Shown: positions 49,154 through 59,215 of the stretch, in pieces
Layout: each line of letters starts with the position of its first letter
Position numbering within the stretch: the first letter of the stretch is position 1
NCBI GenBank assembly: GCA_963664325.2
Contig: CAXXDQ010000007.1
Coordinates: 96,001 to 160,000 of the forward strand
Source: Desulfomonilia bacterium
Lineage (GTDB): Bacteria > Desulfobacterota > Desulfomonilia > UBA1062
Direction: 5' to 3'
Length of the DNA: 64,000 nt
Made by a program: the position numbers and the translations under genes
Notes under the pieces: generated by a model
Told to the model about the DNA's origin: nothing
Database searches by the model: none
The model's input: the letters and a program-made list of their open reading frames with translations, nothing else

Positions 49154-50110
49154 TCAGGTTAAAAAATATATGAGAAGAGGTATGGTCAGAAGACTTACCA
49201 GATATGTCGCGATCACGATTGTCGAAGCGAGCGGCCCGTCACACCCGTAGCGGTCTGCAATGACAGCGGCCACGGCTCCGGACGGCATTGCCGCTTCGAT
49301 AACGAGTATTTCAGAAGGAAGCGAGCTCAGCCCTGCAGCACCTGCGCCGCCCTTTACGAGGAGCGGCTGGACAAAGAGTTTCAAGAGCACGATTACGATC
49401 AGGAGCGGAAGGATGTCCCTGACCTTGATGGGCTTGAGCATGAGGCCTATCGAGATAGCGACAAGAATTTCCAGACCGTTGTTGAAATAGCCGAAGAAAT
49501 CCGTCCAGAAACGAATTTTCATAAATGCCGATGCAGCTGGTATCTGTGAAACTATGATTCCAAGCATGCACGCGATGAAGATGTTCGATGAGAAAAAATC
49601 CCTGATGACCGGAATTACATCCGGTTTTTTCATCTCGGCCCTTCCTCCGAAATACGCCGCTATGATTACGCCGATGGTGAAGAACGGGATGCAGACCCCG
49701 AATTCGCCTATCATAAGGCCGAGCGCCATGGCTTCCGTATTGCCAGCGAATGTCTGCTTGATCAACGGGTATGCAAGCGTTGATGTGCTTCCGAATCCCG
49801 CAAGCATGACCATGGAGCCGGTCACGCGGTATGACAGGCGCAATGCGCGGCAGATGATATAGGCGATAAGGCAGCAGATTATGATGGAAGCGAGCATGAT
49901 GCCTGCCGAGAGTATCTGGCTTATTTTGATGCTGCTTACCGAAAGCGTGGAAAAGATGATGACCGGAAGGGCGAGTTCGGTTACGAGCCTGTTGAAAACC
50001 GGCTGGTGGCTGTTGTTGAAAACCCCCTTAAGCTTGAGCATCTGGATAAAGACGACGAGTATAAAGAAAATCGTTATGGATTTTAAGAGAGGGTAAATAT
50101 GCTCCATCAT
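49154..50110 (-). CDS. AEC family transporter, tandem paralog
   Basis: LALPVIIF, EAAMPSG...ADRYG; clearly homologous to 48090-49055. Confidence 0.85.
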   Translation of the reverse strand: MMEHIYPLLKSITIFFILVVFIQMLKLKGVFNNSHQPVFNRLVTELALPVIIFSTLSVSSIKISQILSAGIMLASIIICCLIAYIICRALRLSYRVTGSMVMLAGFGSTSTLAYPLIKQTFAGNTEAMALGLMIGEFGVCIPFFTIGVIIAAYFGGRAEMKKPDVIPVIRDFFSSNIFIACMLGIIVSQIPAASAFMKIRFWTDFFGYFNNGLEILVAISIGLMLKPIKVRDILPLLIVIVLLKLFVQPLLVKGGAGAAGLSSLPSEILVIEAAMPSGAVAAVIADRYGCDGPLASTIVIATYLVSLLTIPLLIYFLT

Positions 50111-50187
50111 TCATCCTTCAGGCTTGGGGTCATATCAGACTAATCGGCAGGCAACCCGGAATGGTTTAGTCCTCGCAGCGAAATTGA

Positions 50188-50235
50188 AAGCTGATAAGCT
50201 ATTAAGCTGTTGAGCTGATAAGTAAAATCAAATGC
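50188..50235 (+). repeat. 48-bp direct repeat, copy 1 (four AAGCTGAT-type octamers plus tail)
   Basis: 44/48 identical to 50635-50682; partial third copy at 44948-44969. Confidence 0.85.
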
Positions 50236-50288
50236 TCTTAATAACTTAATTTGTTATCAGTGTTTCTGGTAGGCTCCTAACTGAATGT

Positions 50289-50307
50289 TGTACCCTATAG
50301 GGTTGCA
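50289..50307. promoter_or_regulatory. Palindromic operator upstream of the orphan higA
   Basis: Perfect 12-bp palindrome ACCCTATAGGGT within TGTACCCTATAGGGTTGCA. Confidence 0.5.
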
Positions 50308-50326
50308 TGGTAAGGGAGTCAAAGTT

Positions 50327-50611
50327 ATGATTACAAAGAGAAGACCCACTCATCCCGGGCTCGTGTTTAACGAAGATGTCTTAAAACCCCTTGGGATTAC
50401 CATAACCGAGGCATCAAAACATCTCGGTGTGAGTAGAAAAACTTTGAGTGAACTGGTTAACGGGCGTGTAGCACTGAGTCCTGATATGGCTATCAGAATC
50501 GGAAAGGCAACGAATACTACCCCGGAAAGCTGGCTGCAAATGCAAGGAAAACTTGACCTTTGGATAGCCGGCCAGAGAGAATACAAAATTAATGCATTAA
50601 AGGCGGCATAG
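50327..50611 (+). CDS. higA: Orphan HigA-family antitoxin
   Basis: RRPTHPG...LKPLGITITEAS..LGVSRKTLS...SPDMAIRI...TTPESWLQMQ; no toxin ORF upstream. Confidence 0.9.
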   Translation: MITKRRPTHPGLVFNEDVLKPLGITITEASKHLGVSRKTLSELVNGRVALSPDMAIRIGKATNTTPESWLQMQGKLDLWIAGQREYKINALKAA

Positions 50612-50634
50612 GTATGAGACGGGGAAAAATCGTC

Positions 50635-50682
50635 AAGCTGATCAGCTATTAAGCTGATGAGCTGTTAAGTAAAATCCAATGC
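50635..50682 (+). repeat. 48-bp direct repeat, copy 2
   Basis: AAGCTGATCAGCTATTAAGCTGATGAGCTGTTAAGTAAAATCCAATGC. Confidence 0.85.
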
Positions 50683-50719
50683 AGAAATGCAAGCTTAAAG
50701 GCCTGAAACCATTTGGCTC

Positions 50720-52060
50720 CTAATGCTGGCTTTCAGCAATTCTCTGTAAAGGTTCTTTAATCTCTGATTCAAACAGAATGAATTCCTCACCAAAAAGTTC
50801 CTTATATGTTCCTAAAAACTCTTTAGTTGTTCTGAATTCTTTAAAGAGAGGCCAAGAAGAATAATCTTGTCTTCTTACTGAACCATCTTTTCCTATACGT
50901 TTCATTATTCTTATTGTTTCATCTTTGCGATCATGTAAAACGGCAACAGCTAGTTTGAATTTGTCTTCACATGCAGACCAATCTTGAGTATCGAGTAGTT
51001 TACAGGCTTTGTCTGTATCTCCAGTGAACTTATAAGCTATGGCTAGGTTGATCAGATTCATGCGCCTTATGTTATCTGAAGATTTTTTTATAAGAGTTTC
51101 TTCGGCAAAATGCAAAAGGATCTTCGTAAGGGAATACCATTCATCGGACAAGAACTCATAGGTGATCAGGTGAAGGGCATTGTCTGCTTTTTCTAACTCT
51201 TTCGGCTCTAATTTTCGCCACAGGACATGCCCTAATTTTACGCCGATTTCGATTATGCAATCAATCGCTTGTTTGAAATACTCTGTGGAAACAGTTAGTT
51301 GATCACCCACTTTAAGGTTTTTCTTATGAACGAACCCATGTTGCTTACACATATCTAGGTATTGTGATGAAACAATGCCATCACAATGCACAAAAAGATT
51401 TCGTCGCTCTGTAAGTTCAATAAATTGCGGCCAAGCTGGGAGGTCCTTTCTAAGCGTAAGATCAAATCGTTTCTCCATCCAATCGAATTGAACTGCATGA
51501 CTTTCACGTATAATTGATTCGACTTCCTTTTCAATTAAAAATTCTTGAGCTGCTTCTATTGATTGATATTTTAATAAATCAGAAAAGGTCATATGCTTTT
51601 GTGATACATGCATTGTTTCTGGCCTAACACGAAAACACTCTCGGAGAATATTACCAAGATAAGCATCATACTGATGAACAAGAGAACAGAAAAAGATCCT
51701 TGGTACATTTTTAAAAGCTAATGTCGCTGTAGAAACGTCTTTCATATGAATTTTGAACGAATATACATCGTTGGGCTTGATAATAAATGATTTACCATCC
51801 TCTTTCTCTGATGTCTTTATTCCTCGTTTATCGATAAACTTTAAGAATTCCTCAGAATGTTTTTTCATTGCATCAAGTACTGTGGACATTGTCATATTGG
51901 TTGCTCTTGAAAGACTCTCAATCTCAGCAACAAATTTTGAGATATGGTGCTCAAACTCTGATTGCCTGTTTGTTGTATCGGGAGGTATATTCGATTTTTT
52001 AGACACTTCTTTTTTAACTTGAGAATGATTTGAAGAAACCTTTTTGATATTCTTTGACAT
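50720..52060 (-). CDS. AT-rich protein with a HEPN-like RxxxxH motif and a helical/TPR-like C-terminus
   Basis: ERRNLFVHCDG; GGAGG RBS before ATG 52060; markedly AT-rich. Confidence 0.65.
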   Translation of the reverse strand: MSKNIKKVSSNHSQVKKEVSKKSNIPPDTTNRQSEFEHHISKFVAEIESLSRATNMTMSTVLDAMKKHSEEFLKFIDKRGIKTSEKEDGKSFIIKPNDVYSFKIHMKDVSTATLAFKNVPRIFFCSLVHQYDAYLGNILRECFRVRPETMHVSQKHMTFSDLLKYQSIEAAQEFLIEKEVESIIRESHAVQFDWMEKRFDLTLRKDLPAWPQFIELTERRNLFVHCDGIVSSQYLDMCKQHGFVHKKNLKVGDQLTVSTEYFKQAIDCIIEIGVKLGHVLWRKLEPKELEKADNALHLITYEFLSDEWYSLTKILLHFAEETLIKKSSDNIRRMNLINLAIAYKFTGDTDKACKLLDTQDWSACEDKFKLAVAVLHDRKDETIRIMKRIGKDGSVRRQDYSSWPLFKEFRTTKEFLGTYKELFGEEFILFESEIKEPLQRIAESQH

Positions 52061-52221
52061 ATTACCTCCCCGATTCAAATTTACAAACTTTCTATTTTTA
52101 AAAATTAATAGCATATAATTTTATTAGATGTATATTCTTTGTAGTTTTAAATCTAAAAAATATTAAATTACTAGGTTTCACGCCAAATAGTAAACAAAGA
52201 GCTACCAACAATTCCGATTTA

Positions 52222-52324
52222 TATTCAAGATGATGTCGAGGAGGCAAGGAGGAAGCGACGCAGGCATACTTTGACGTATGTTGAGGAGCATTCCGACGTA
52301 GCCGACAAAGACAGAGCTTGAATA
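52222..52324. repeat. Palindromic RPE-like element at the 3' end of mutL
   Basis: Terminal IR TATTCAAG/CTTGAATA; core GCGACGCAGGCATAC-N6-GTATGTTGAGGAGC. Confidence 0.65.
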
Positions 52325-52337
52325 GGAACCGGAAATA

Positions 52338-54005
52338 TCAAGGTTTGCGTCCTATCCATCGCTCGATTTCGTTGATTGGAATACGTTTGAATATCGGCCT
52401 CCCGTGCGGACATGTAGTCGGTGCGCCCGCTTCATCCAACTGGCGTAGGAGCGCGGATATCTCGGGTTGCGTCAGCGTCTTTCCCGCGCGTACGCTTGAA
52501 TGGCAGGCGATGCGGGATATGATTTCATTCCTTCGTTCATCGGTCTGCTTCGGAAGGGGCTCGTGGACAATCTCATGGATGATGTCCTTTATGTCGGAAT
52601 CCTTGAGCAGTGTTGGGACTGTCCTTACCGCAATTTCTGTTTCACCGAACGGCTCCGCCTCGATTCCGATCGCCTCAAGCTGGTCCATGATCTCTTCAAA
52701 GGCTGCAAACTCAGGTACCGAAAGCTCGACAACAACAGGGTACAGCAGGGCCTGGCTGCCTGAGATGCCGGAACTTTTGAGCCTGTCAAAGACTATGCGT
52801 TCGTGGGAGGCATGCTGGTCGAGTATGTAGAACGCGTCATCGTCGTTCAAGAGGATATAGGTGGATTTGAGCACGCCTATCACGGATTTGTCGGAATAGA
52901 ATCCCCGCCGCTCGACATAGTCTTCGATAAAGGATGCCTGGGCAGACTGATTTTCATATACGGGCCTTCCGATAATGTAAGGTTCATCAGGCTCGCAAAC
53001 GGCGTCATAACGGTTGCATGCCAATGATGAAAGGGCTTCCCTGACAATTGAAACGACAAGTCCGTAAACCCGCGACGGCTCCCTGAACCTGACCTCGGCC
53101 TTTGTCGGATGCACGTTCACATCGACATCCGCGGGCTCGATATCGATGAAGAGCACGACCACCGGATAGCGCCCTCGCATGAGCAGGCCGGAAAAGCCTT
53201 CCAGAACAGCGCCCGATACCACTGTATCCTTGACGGTCCGGCCGTTCACAAAGGCATAGATAAAAGAGCGCGTGGGACGGTTGACATCGGGAGTGGCGAG
53301 CATGCCGTGTACATGAAGCCCCGGGGCCTGCCTGGAAAACTCTTTCATGTGCTCCTTGAAGTCTGCGCCTGCGATAATGCCGGCCCGGTCCGCCCGGGAC
53401 ATGGATGCGGGTATGCTGAAAATCCTGCGCCCCTCTGTCGTGACGGAAAAGGTTATTTCCGGGTGCGCCAGGGCCGACCTCGATATGACGTCGAGCATGT
53501 TCTTCTGTTCGGTTGCCGGTGTTTTCAGGAACTTCTTTCTTGCGGGCATGTTGTAAAAGAGGTCGCGGACTTCTATTATTGTGCCCGCAGGCATGCCTTT
53601 TTTGCCTCGTTCGATTATCTCTCCGGCCTCCATAACAATAAAAGAGCCCGATGAGGACTGCTCCTGCCTTGAAGAGACCGTCATCCTGCTTACCGCGGCG
53701 ATGCTGGGCACGGCTTCGCCGCGGAACCCGAGCGTTCTGATGTTGAATAAATCTTCCGACGTTTCCAGCTTGCTTGTGGCATGCCTGAGCACCGCTGTTT
53801 CAAGGTCGGTCTCATCCATGCCCGAGCCGTTGTCGGCAACACGGATAAGCTCGATGCCGGCTCCGGAGAATTCAATGGATATGGACGTGGCACCGGCATC
53901 TATGGAATTTTCGACAAGCTCTTTCACCACGGACGCAGGCCGCTCTATGACCTCGCCCGCCGCAATCAGGCCTATCAGCTCTTTGGGGAGAATTCTGACT
54001 TTCAT
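52338..54005 (-). CDS. mutL: DNA mismatch repair protein MutL
   Basis: IAAGEVIERPASVVKELVENSIDAG, GFRGEA, DVNVHPTK, endonuclease motifs DQHASHER, ACH, CPHGRP. Confidence 0.97.
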   Translation of the reverse strand: MKVRILPKELIGLIAAGEVIERPASVVKELVENSIDAGATSISIEFSGAGIELIRVADNGSGMDETDLETAVLRHATSKLETSEDLFNIRTLGFRGEAVPSIAAVSRMTVSSRQEQSSSGSFIVMEAGEIIERGKKGMPAGTIIEVRDLFYNMPARKKFLKTPATEQKNMLDVISRSALAHPEITFSVTTEGRRIFSIPASMSRADRAGIIAGADFKEHMKEFSRQAPGLHVHGMLATPDVNRPTRSFIYAFVNGRTVKDTVVSGAVLEGFSGLLMRGRYPVVVLFIDIEPADVDVNVHPTKAEVRFREPSRVYGLVVSIVREALSSLACNRYDAVCEPDEPYIIGRPVYENQSAQASFIEDYVERRGFYSDKSVIGVLKSTYILLNDDDAFYILDQHASHERIVFDRLKSSGISGSQALLYPVVVELSVPEFAAFEEIMDQLEAIGIEAEPFGETEIAVRTVPTLLKDSDIKDIIHEIVHEPLPKQTDERRNEIISRIACHSSVRAGKTLTQPEISALLRQLDEAGAPTTCPHGRPIFKRIPINEIERWIGRKP

Positions 54006-54017
54006 GTCAATAGAAGT

Positions 54018-54172
54018 AGACAGGAGACAGTAGACAGGAGACAGCATAGAATCAAATCTGATCTCCAAATGATGAACCTGGGAGAAAAAGGTTCAATTAA
54101 ATTTCTATTTGAAAGCCTGAAAAGGTTTTGTCTCACGTCTTTCTACTGTCTCCTATCTCCTGTCTACTGTCT
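54018..54172. repeat. Inverted arrays of 7-bp tandem repeats (AGACAG[G/T]) between pgi and mutL
   Basis: Four heptamers at 54018-54045 and four inverted heptamers at 54145-54172. Confidence 0.85.
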
Positions 54173-54195
54173 CCTTTTTTCTGTCTCACTCTGTT

Positions 54196-55566
54196 CTACT
54201 TTATTTCAAACACCAGCCGGTCCACTTCTGTGACCGGTTTCGCCTTGCCCTCGTAGCCCTTCCTGCCCATGAGGTCGAACGTGATGACCTTGCCGAGCTC
54301 CACTCCGGGCTGGTCATAGGGGTTCACGTCGAGCAGGTAGCAGAAGAACGACGTCGCGATCATGAAGAACATGAACATGGCGCCCAGGGTTTCCTCGTTT
54401 ATCGCATCAAGAGTTATGCGTGTGGCCATGCGCTTATTTTCGATGAGCGCGCCCCATGTGCCTTTTGCCTCGGACTGGATCAGCCTGTTTATGGTCTTGC
54501 CGCAGAGATAGCCCATTTCGGCGGTGTTTTCGAAGACCGCGGGAATGGTGATCTCTTTGCGGTATTTCTTAACGTCTATGATGTTCACAACCTTGTCGAA
54601 CGGGCCTTCCATGTAGAGCTGGCACTGGGAATGCTGGTCGGTTGCGCCGAGGGCCTTGATTGGCGTCTGGCCGGCGAATACGGTCTTTCCTTTAAGCGAT
54701 GTCTTTTTGCCGCTGCTTTCGGCCCAGAGCTGGCAGTACCAGTCGGACAGGTCGAAGAGCGCATTGGAGTAGGGCATGAGCACGGACATGTTTGCGCCTT
54801 TGACCGATGCCAGGAAATGAATCGCAGCATAAAGATAGGCCGGGTTTGAAAAGACATCCGGGACAATTGTTGCATCTCTCATTTCCCCCGCACCTTTCAT
54901 GAAGGCATCGATATCTATTCCGAGAAGGGCGGAAGGCAGGAGGCCCACCGGGGTCAGCGTGCTGAACCGGCCGCCCACTTCGGGCGGGACCGGGAGGTTA
55001 GCTATGCCTTCGCTGTCGGCTATCTTTCTAAGGATGCCGTTTTTCGGGTCGGTTATTATGGCAAGGTGATTTTTGTATTTGTCTCCCAGCTGTTTTTTAA
55101 GCCTGTCATAGACGAGCATGAACTGCGAGGCGGTCTCTGCCGTGCCGCCCGATTTGCTGACGACAATAAAGAGCGTTTCTTCAAGCCTGATGTTGTCAAG
55201 GGTAACTGACATGAGCTCGGGGTCGACGTTGTCCCAGAAGAATATCCTGGGGTCGCCGCCCAGGTTGTAAAAGGGCGGTTTTATCGCCGAAAACATGGCT
55301 TTGGGGCCGAGTGAAGACCCGCCTATGCCGAGATGGACGATGTTCCTGAACCGGCCCTTGAGCTTTGCGGCCAGGGCCTTTACGGTGTCAAGCACAGCCT
55401 TTCCTTCGGGCAGGTCCTGGAATTTTATCCTGCCCTCAGCCCTGTTGGCGGTCATTGTTTCATGGGCAGCCCTGCAGAGCGGCATTATGGCTTCGATATC
55501 CTTTTGGGCGATCCCGCGGTTTCCGATCAGGGCATCGCTTGTACCGGAAAAATCAAATCTGATCAT
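54196..55566 (-). CDS. pgi: Glucose-6-phosphate isomerase
   Basis: GIGGSSLG, SKSGGTAET, GGRFS, QLWAESSGK, DQHS, DQPGVELGK. Confidence 0.96.
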   Translation of the reverse strand: MIRFDFSGTSDALIGNRGIAQKDIEAIMPLCRAAHETMTANRAEGRIKFQDLPEGKAVLDTVKALAAKLKGRFRNIVHLGIGGSSLGPKAMFSAIKPPFYNLGGDPRIFFWDNVDPELMSVTLDNIRLEETLFIVVSKSGGTAETASQFMLVYDRLKKQLGDKYKNHLAIITDPKNGILRKIADSEGIANLPVPPEVGGRFSTLTPVGLLPSALLGIDIDAFMKGAGEMRDATIVPDVFSNPAYLYAAIHFLASVKGANMSVLMPYSNALFDLSDWYCQLWAESSGKKTSLKGKTVFAGQTPIKALGATDQHSQCQLYMEGPFDKVVNIIDVKKYRKEITIPAVFENTAEMGYLCGKTINRLIQSEAKGTWGALIENKRMATRITLDAINEETLGAMFMFFMIATSFFCYLLDVNPYDQPGVELGKVITFDLMGRKGYEGKAKPVTEVDRLVFEIK

Positions 55567-55693
55567 GCGTATCCTCCTGAAGAGCCGATTGATGTGCGCT
55601 GAATTCCGCCGGTTCTTTTAAGATTGTTATACAGATTAAAGCTTATCAATCAATGCTAATTCAAACCTGATAGGAAAATATCATTTATCGTCG

Positions 55694-56191
55694 CTATCTT
55701 ATAATTTCAATTTTCCGCAGCCATTCGGACACTTTGTCTTGCGCGGTTCTTGCCACGCTGCCCCTGATGGCGATGCCGTCCAGCAAAGTCGATTTAGGGC
55801 AGAGTTTTGAGATGTCCGATGCGCTTCGTCCCATGCTGCTCCCTTCATGCGTGCAGAACGGTGCAATTCTCTTGCCCGAAAAATCGTATTCCAGCAGAAA
55901 GGTTTTTACGGCAGCCGGAAAAGTGCCCCACCAGACAGGGTAGCCTGTGAAAACCAGATCATACGACTCGAAATTTTCAATCTTTGTTTTCAGTGGCGGT
56001 CTGTACCCGGAGTCCAGTTCCTGCCTTGCCTGTTTTACAACCGCATCGTAATCATGGGGATACGGTTTTACGGCCTGAATTTCAAAGATATTGCCGCCAG
56101 TGCTTTTGTGGATTTGACCGGCAATTTCCCGCGTGTTGCCGCTGTGGGAAAAATAGGCCACCAGAATATTTTCTGTCATACCTGCTTGCAT
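55694..56191 (-). CDS. Flavodoxin (Flavodoxin_4 type)
   Basis: AYFSHSGNT, GYPVWWG, PFCTHEGS. Confidence 0.9.
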   Translation of the reverse strand: MQAGMTENILVAYFSHSGNTREIAGQIHKSTGGNIFEIQAVKPYPHDYDAVVKQARQELDSGYRPPLKTKIENFESYDLVFTGYPVWWGTFPAAVKTFLLEYDFSGKRIAPFCTHEGSSMGRSASDISKLCPKSTLLDGIAIRGSVARTAQDKVSEWLRKIEIIR

Positions 56192-56302
56192 ACCGTTTCT
56201 CCCTTGCTTTTCGTTGCCATTCCGATTCGCATTCAATCGGCGCCTTTACGGAGTCAATATCCGCCTTGCCTGTGCAGCCCTGCTCAAACTCACTGTTGTC
56301 CC

Positions 56303-57319
<1,017 letters not shown>

Positions 57320-57531
57320 CTAAATTTTTTCAACAATTGCTTTTCAGGAATATATTTATTGTATAAGCAGACGCAAAGACATGTCTGCCTGAAACTCTCA
57401 ACTGTTGAAACAATCCTATCGATTTATACCATGCTTTCATGGCGGTCAATTTCCGCACATGCTCCTCAACGCAGGTGTCTGCAAAAACCGGAAGCCCCGG
57501 CCGGATAGATGCAGTCAATCTTGATGCGTCC

Positions 57532-58107
57532 CTATCTGCCCCTGGGCATAGCAAGGATCTCGAGCACCTCGAGGTCCAGGAAGCGTTTCGACGGCCGGGC
57601 CTTTATGAGCATGACCGTGTCCGAGCCATGGCCGGATCCTGCTGCAGCGAGGACTTCGGCGCCTTCCGGGACAAGACCCGCGTCGCAGGCCTCCATCACG
57701 ATCTCGATGCAGACCTTGGCGCCTTCGCCGAACCGCCGCAGCGTGCCTGCTATTATCATGGCGGTCGTATTCCCGCCGAATTTATCCATCACTGACTTTT
57801 CAAGGGAATGGGTGAGTATGGTACCGGTATAAACCGGCACGCTGTTTTCCTTGAGCATCTGCCTTACGCGCGGATCGAATTCATCGTGGTTTTCTTCCTT
57901 GAAGTTGGCGCTGTGGGTCACAATGACAAGATTCGGGCCTGTTCCCTTCAGCGCATTGAAAAAGGCTTCCGCGTTCCGGCCCGAAGTCGATGCAATAACG
58001 ACATGCTTCGAAAGGCCTTCAGAGACCGCCTTTTTTATGATTTCAACACAGCCTGACGAGTTATGCTCACCGGGTTTTTCAAATATGGCCACCTGCCTGA
58101 AATTCAT
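57532..58107 (-). CDS. Pyruvate kinase C-terminal-like stand-alone protein (MTH1675/AF0103-like)
   Basis: FEKPG..N, VVIASTSG, VTH, GEGAKVCIEI..ACDAG, GSGHGSDT. Confidence 0.8.
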   Translation of the reverse strand: MNFRQVAIFEKPGEHNSSGCVEIIKKAVSEGLSKHVVIASTSGRNAEAFFNALKGTGPNLVIVTHSANFKEENHDEFDPRVRQMLKENSVPVYTGTILTHSLEKSVMDKFGGNTTAMIIAGTLRRFGEGAKVCIEIVMEACDAGLVPEGAEVLAAAGSGHGSDTVMLIKARPSKRFLDLEVLEILAMPRGR

Positions 58108-58187
58108 ATGCCGCTCCTGTTTCAGCTTTATTTTATGCGTATATGATAAAACAAAACAGGCAGTGGCGTCGAGTGTTTGTTAAAGAA

Positions 58188-58412
58188 TCAGACCCTGAAC
58201 CTCGCGGGGAGTGCATGGCATGAACAGTTCAACGGGGGCCTTTGACGCCTCCGGGAACGGGATGCCGAGACAAGGCCGGACAGCTTTGTCCTTATTGCCG
58301 GGGCCGCAGCTTCATAAACCCTGCATATGATTTCGCCTGCAACCAGGAGTCCGACAGTACCGGAAACAAAAAACGATACCAAGCCGATGCCTTCAAAAAT
58401 CGTCTGATCCAT
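58188..58412 (-). CDS. Small hypothetical single-TM protein
   Basis: GGAGGT RBS before ATG 58412; hydrophobic N-terminus and basic C-terminus. Confidence 0.45.
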   Translation of the reverse strand: MDQTIFEGIGLVSFFVSGTVGLLVAGEIICRVYEAAAPAIRTKLSGLVSASRSRRRQRPPLNCSCHALPARFRV

Positions 58413-58546
58413 AAACCACCTCCGTATCGAGGCATATGTAATTCGCAGCGGCCCGAATGATAATCCCTTTCCGACATACGTGTGTCGCATTATTTTCAGG
58501 ATGCGTCCATGCCTGAAATGAGGCCTTTAAGCGGATATCGGTGCTA

Positions 58547-59185
58547 TCAGGAAATCAGTCCCTTGTACCCCTTCCATATGATCTCAACTCCGATGGCCAG
58601 GAGAATGAAGGCGGACAGTTTAGTTACCACCTGGATGCCCTGCTTGCCCAGCCGGCCGAAGAAATATCCCGAGTACCTGTAGGATACGAAGACTACGAAT
58701 GACATTATCGCGATGCCTGCGGCGACTCCGGCAAAGTTCAGCCATGTGTCCAGTTTCAGGAGAGAGCCCGTCGGAATAAGGGTCAATGTTACTGCGATTG
58801 TTCCGGGGCCTGCTGTTATCGGCATGGTCATTGGGAAAAAGACCTTTGAATTGCTGTCGCTTTTGAAGCCGTCATTCCTTGATTTGCTGTCTCCAGTGCC
58901 GTTGTTGAGCATCTGCCAGGCCATATTGAACAACAGTATTCCGCCGGCAATCCTGATGACGTGTATGGATATGTCGAGGAGCTTCAGAATCCAGCCGCCG
59001 ACAAAAAGGACAACCAGCAGCAGTATGAGCGTATACCAGCTTATCTTGCCTGCCAGCCGGTTTCTCTCGCCGACGGAGATGTCCGATGTCATATCGAGAA
59101 AGATCGGGGTCATGGCTGGCGGATTGACTATCGGGAAAAGGGCAAGAAAGGAAAATGCGGCAATATTAATAAACTCGCGAACCAT
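58547..59185 (-). CDS. MarC family membrane protein
   Basis: LFPIVNP, IAGGILL, FPMTMPITAGPG, LLAIGVE. Confidence 0.92.
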   Translation of the reverse strand: MVREFINIAAFSFLALFPIVNPPAMTPIFLDMTSDISVGERNRLAGKISWYTLILLLVVLFVGGWILKLLDISIHVIRIAGGILLFNMAWQMLNNGTGDSKSRNDGFKSDSNSKVFFPMTMPITAGPGTIAVTLTLIPTGSLLKLDTWLNFAGVAAGIAIMSFVVFVSYRYSGYFFGRLGKQGIQVVTKLSAFILLAIGVEIIWKGYKGLIS

Positions 59186-59215
59186 GACAACCTCCTGAAA
59201 GAATAATTTTAGAAC

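Noticed and set aside
50188-50682. Possible CRISPR array or integron attC sites
   Set aside because: Only two full repeats with a gene between them; no spacer periodicity, cas gene, integrase or convincing RYYYAAC...GTTRRRY hairpin.
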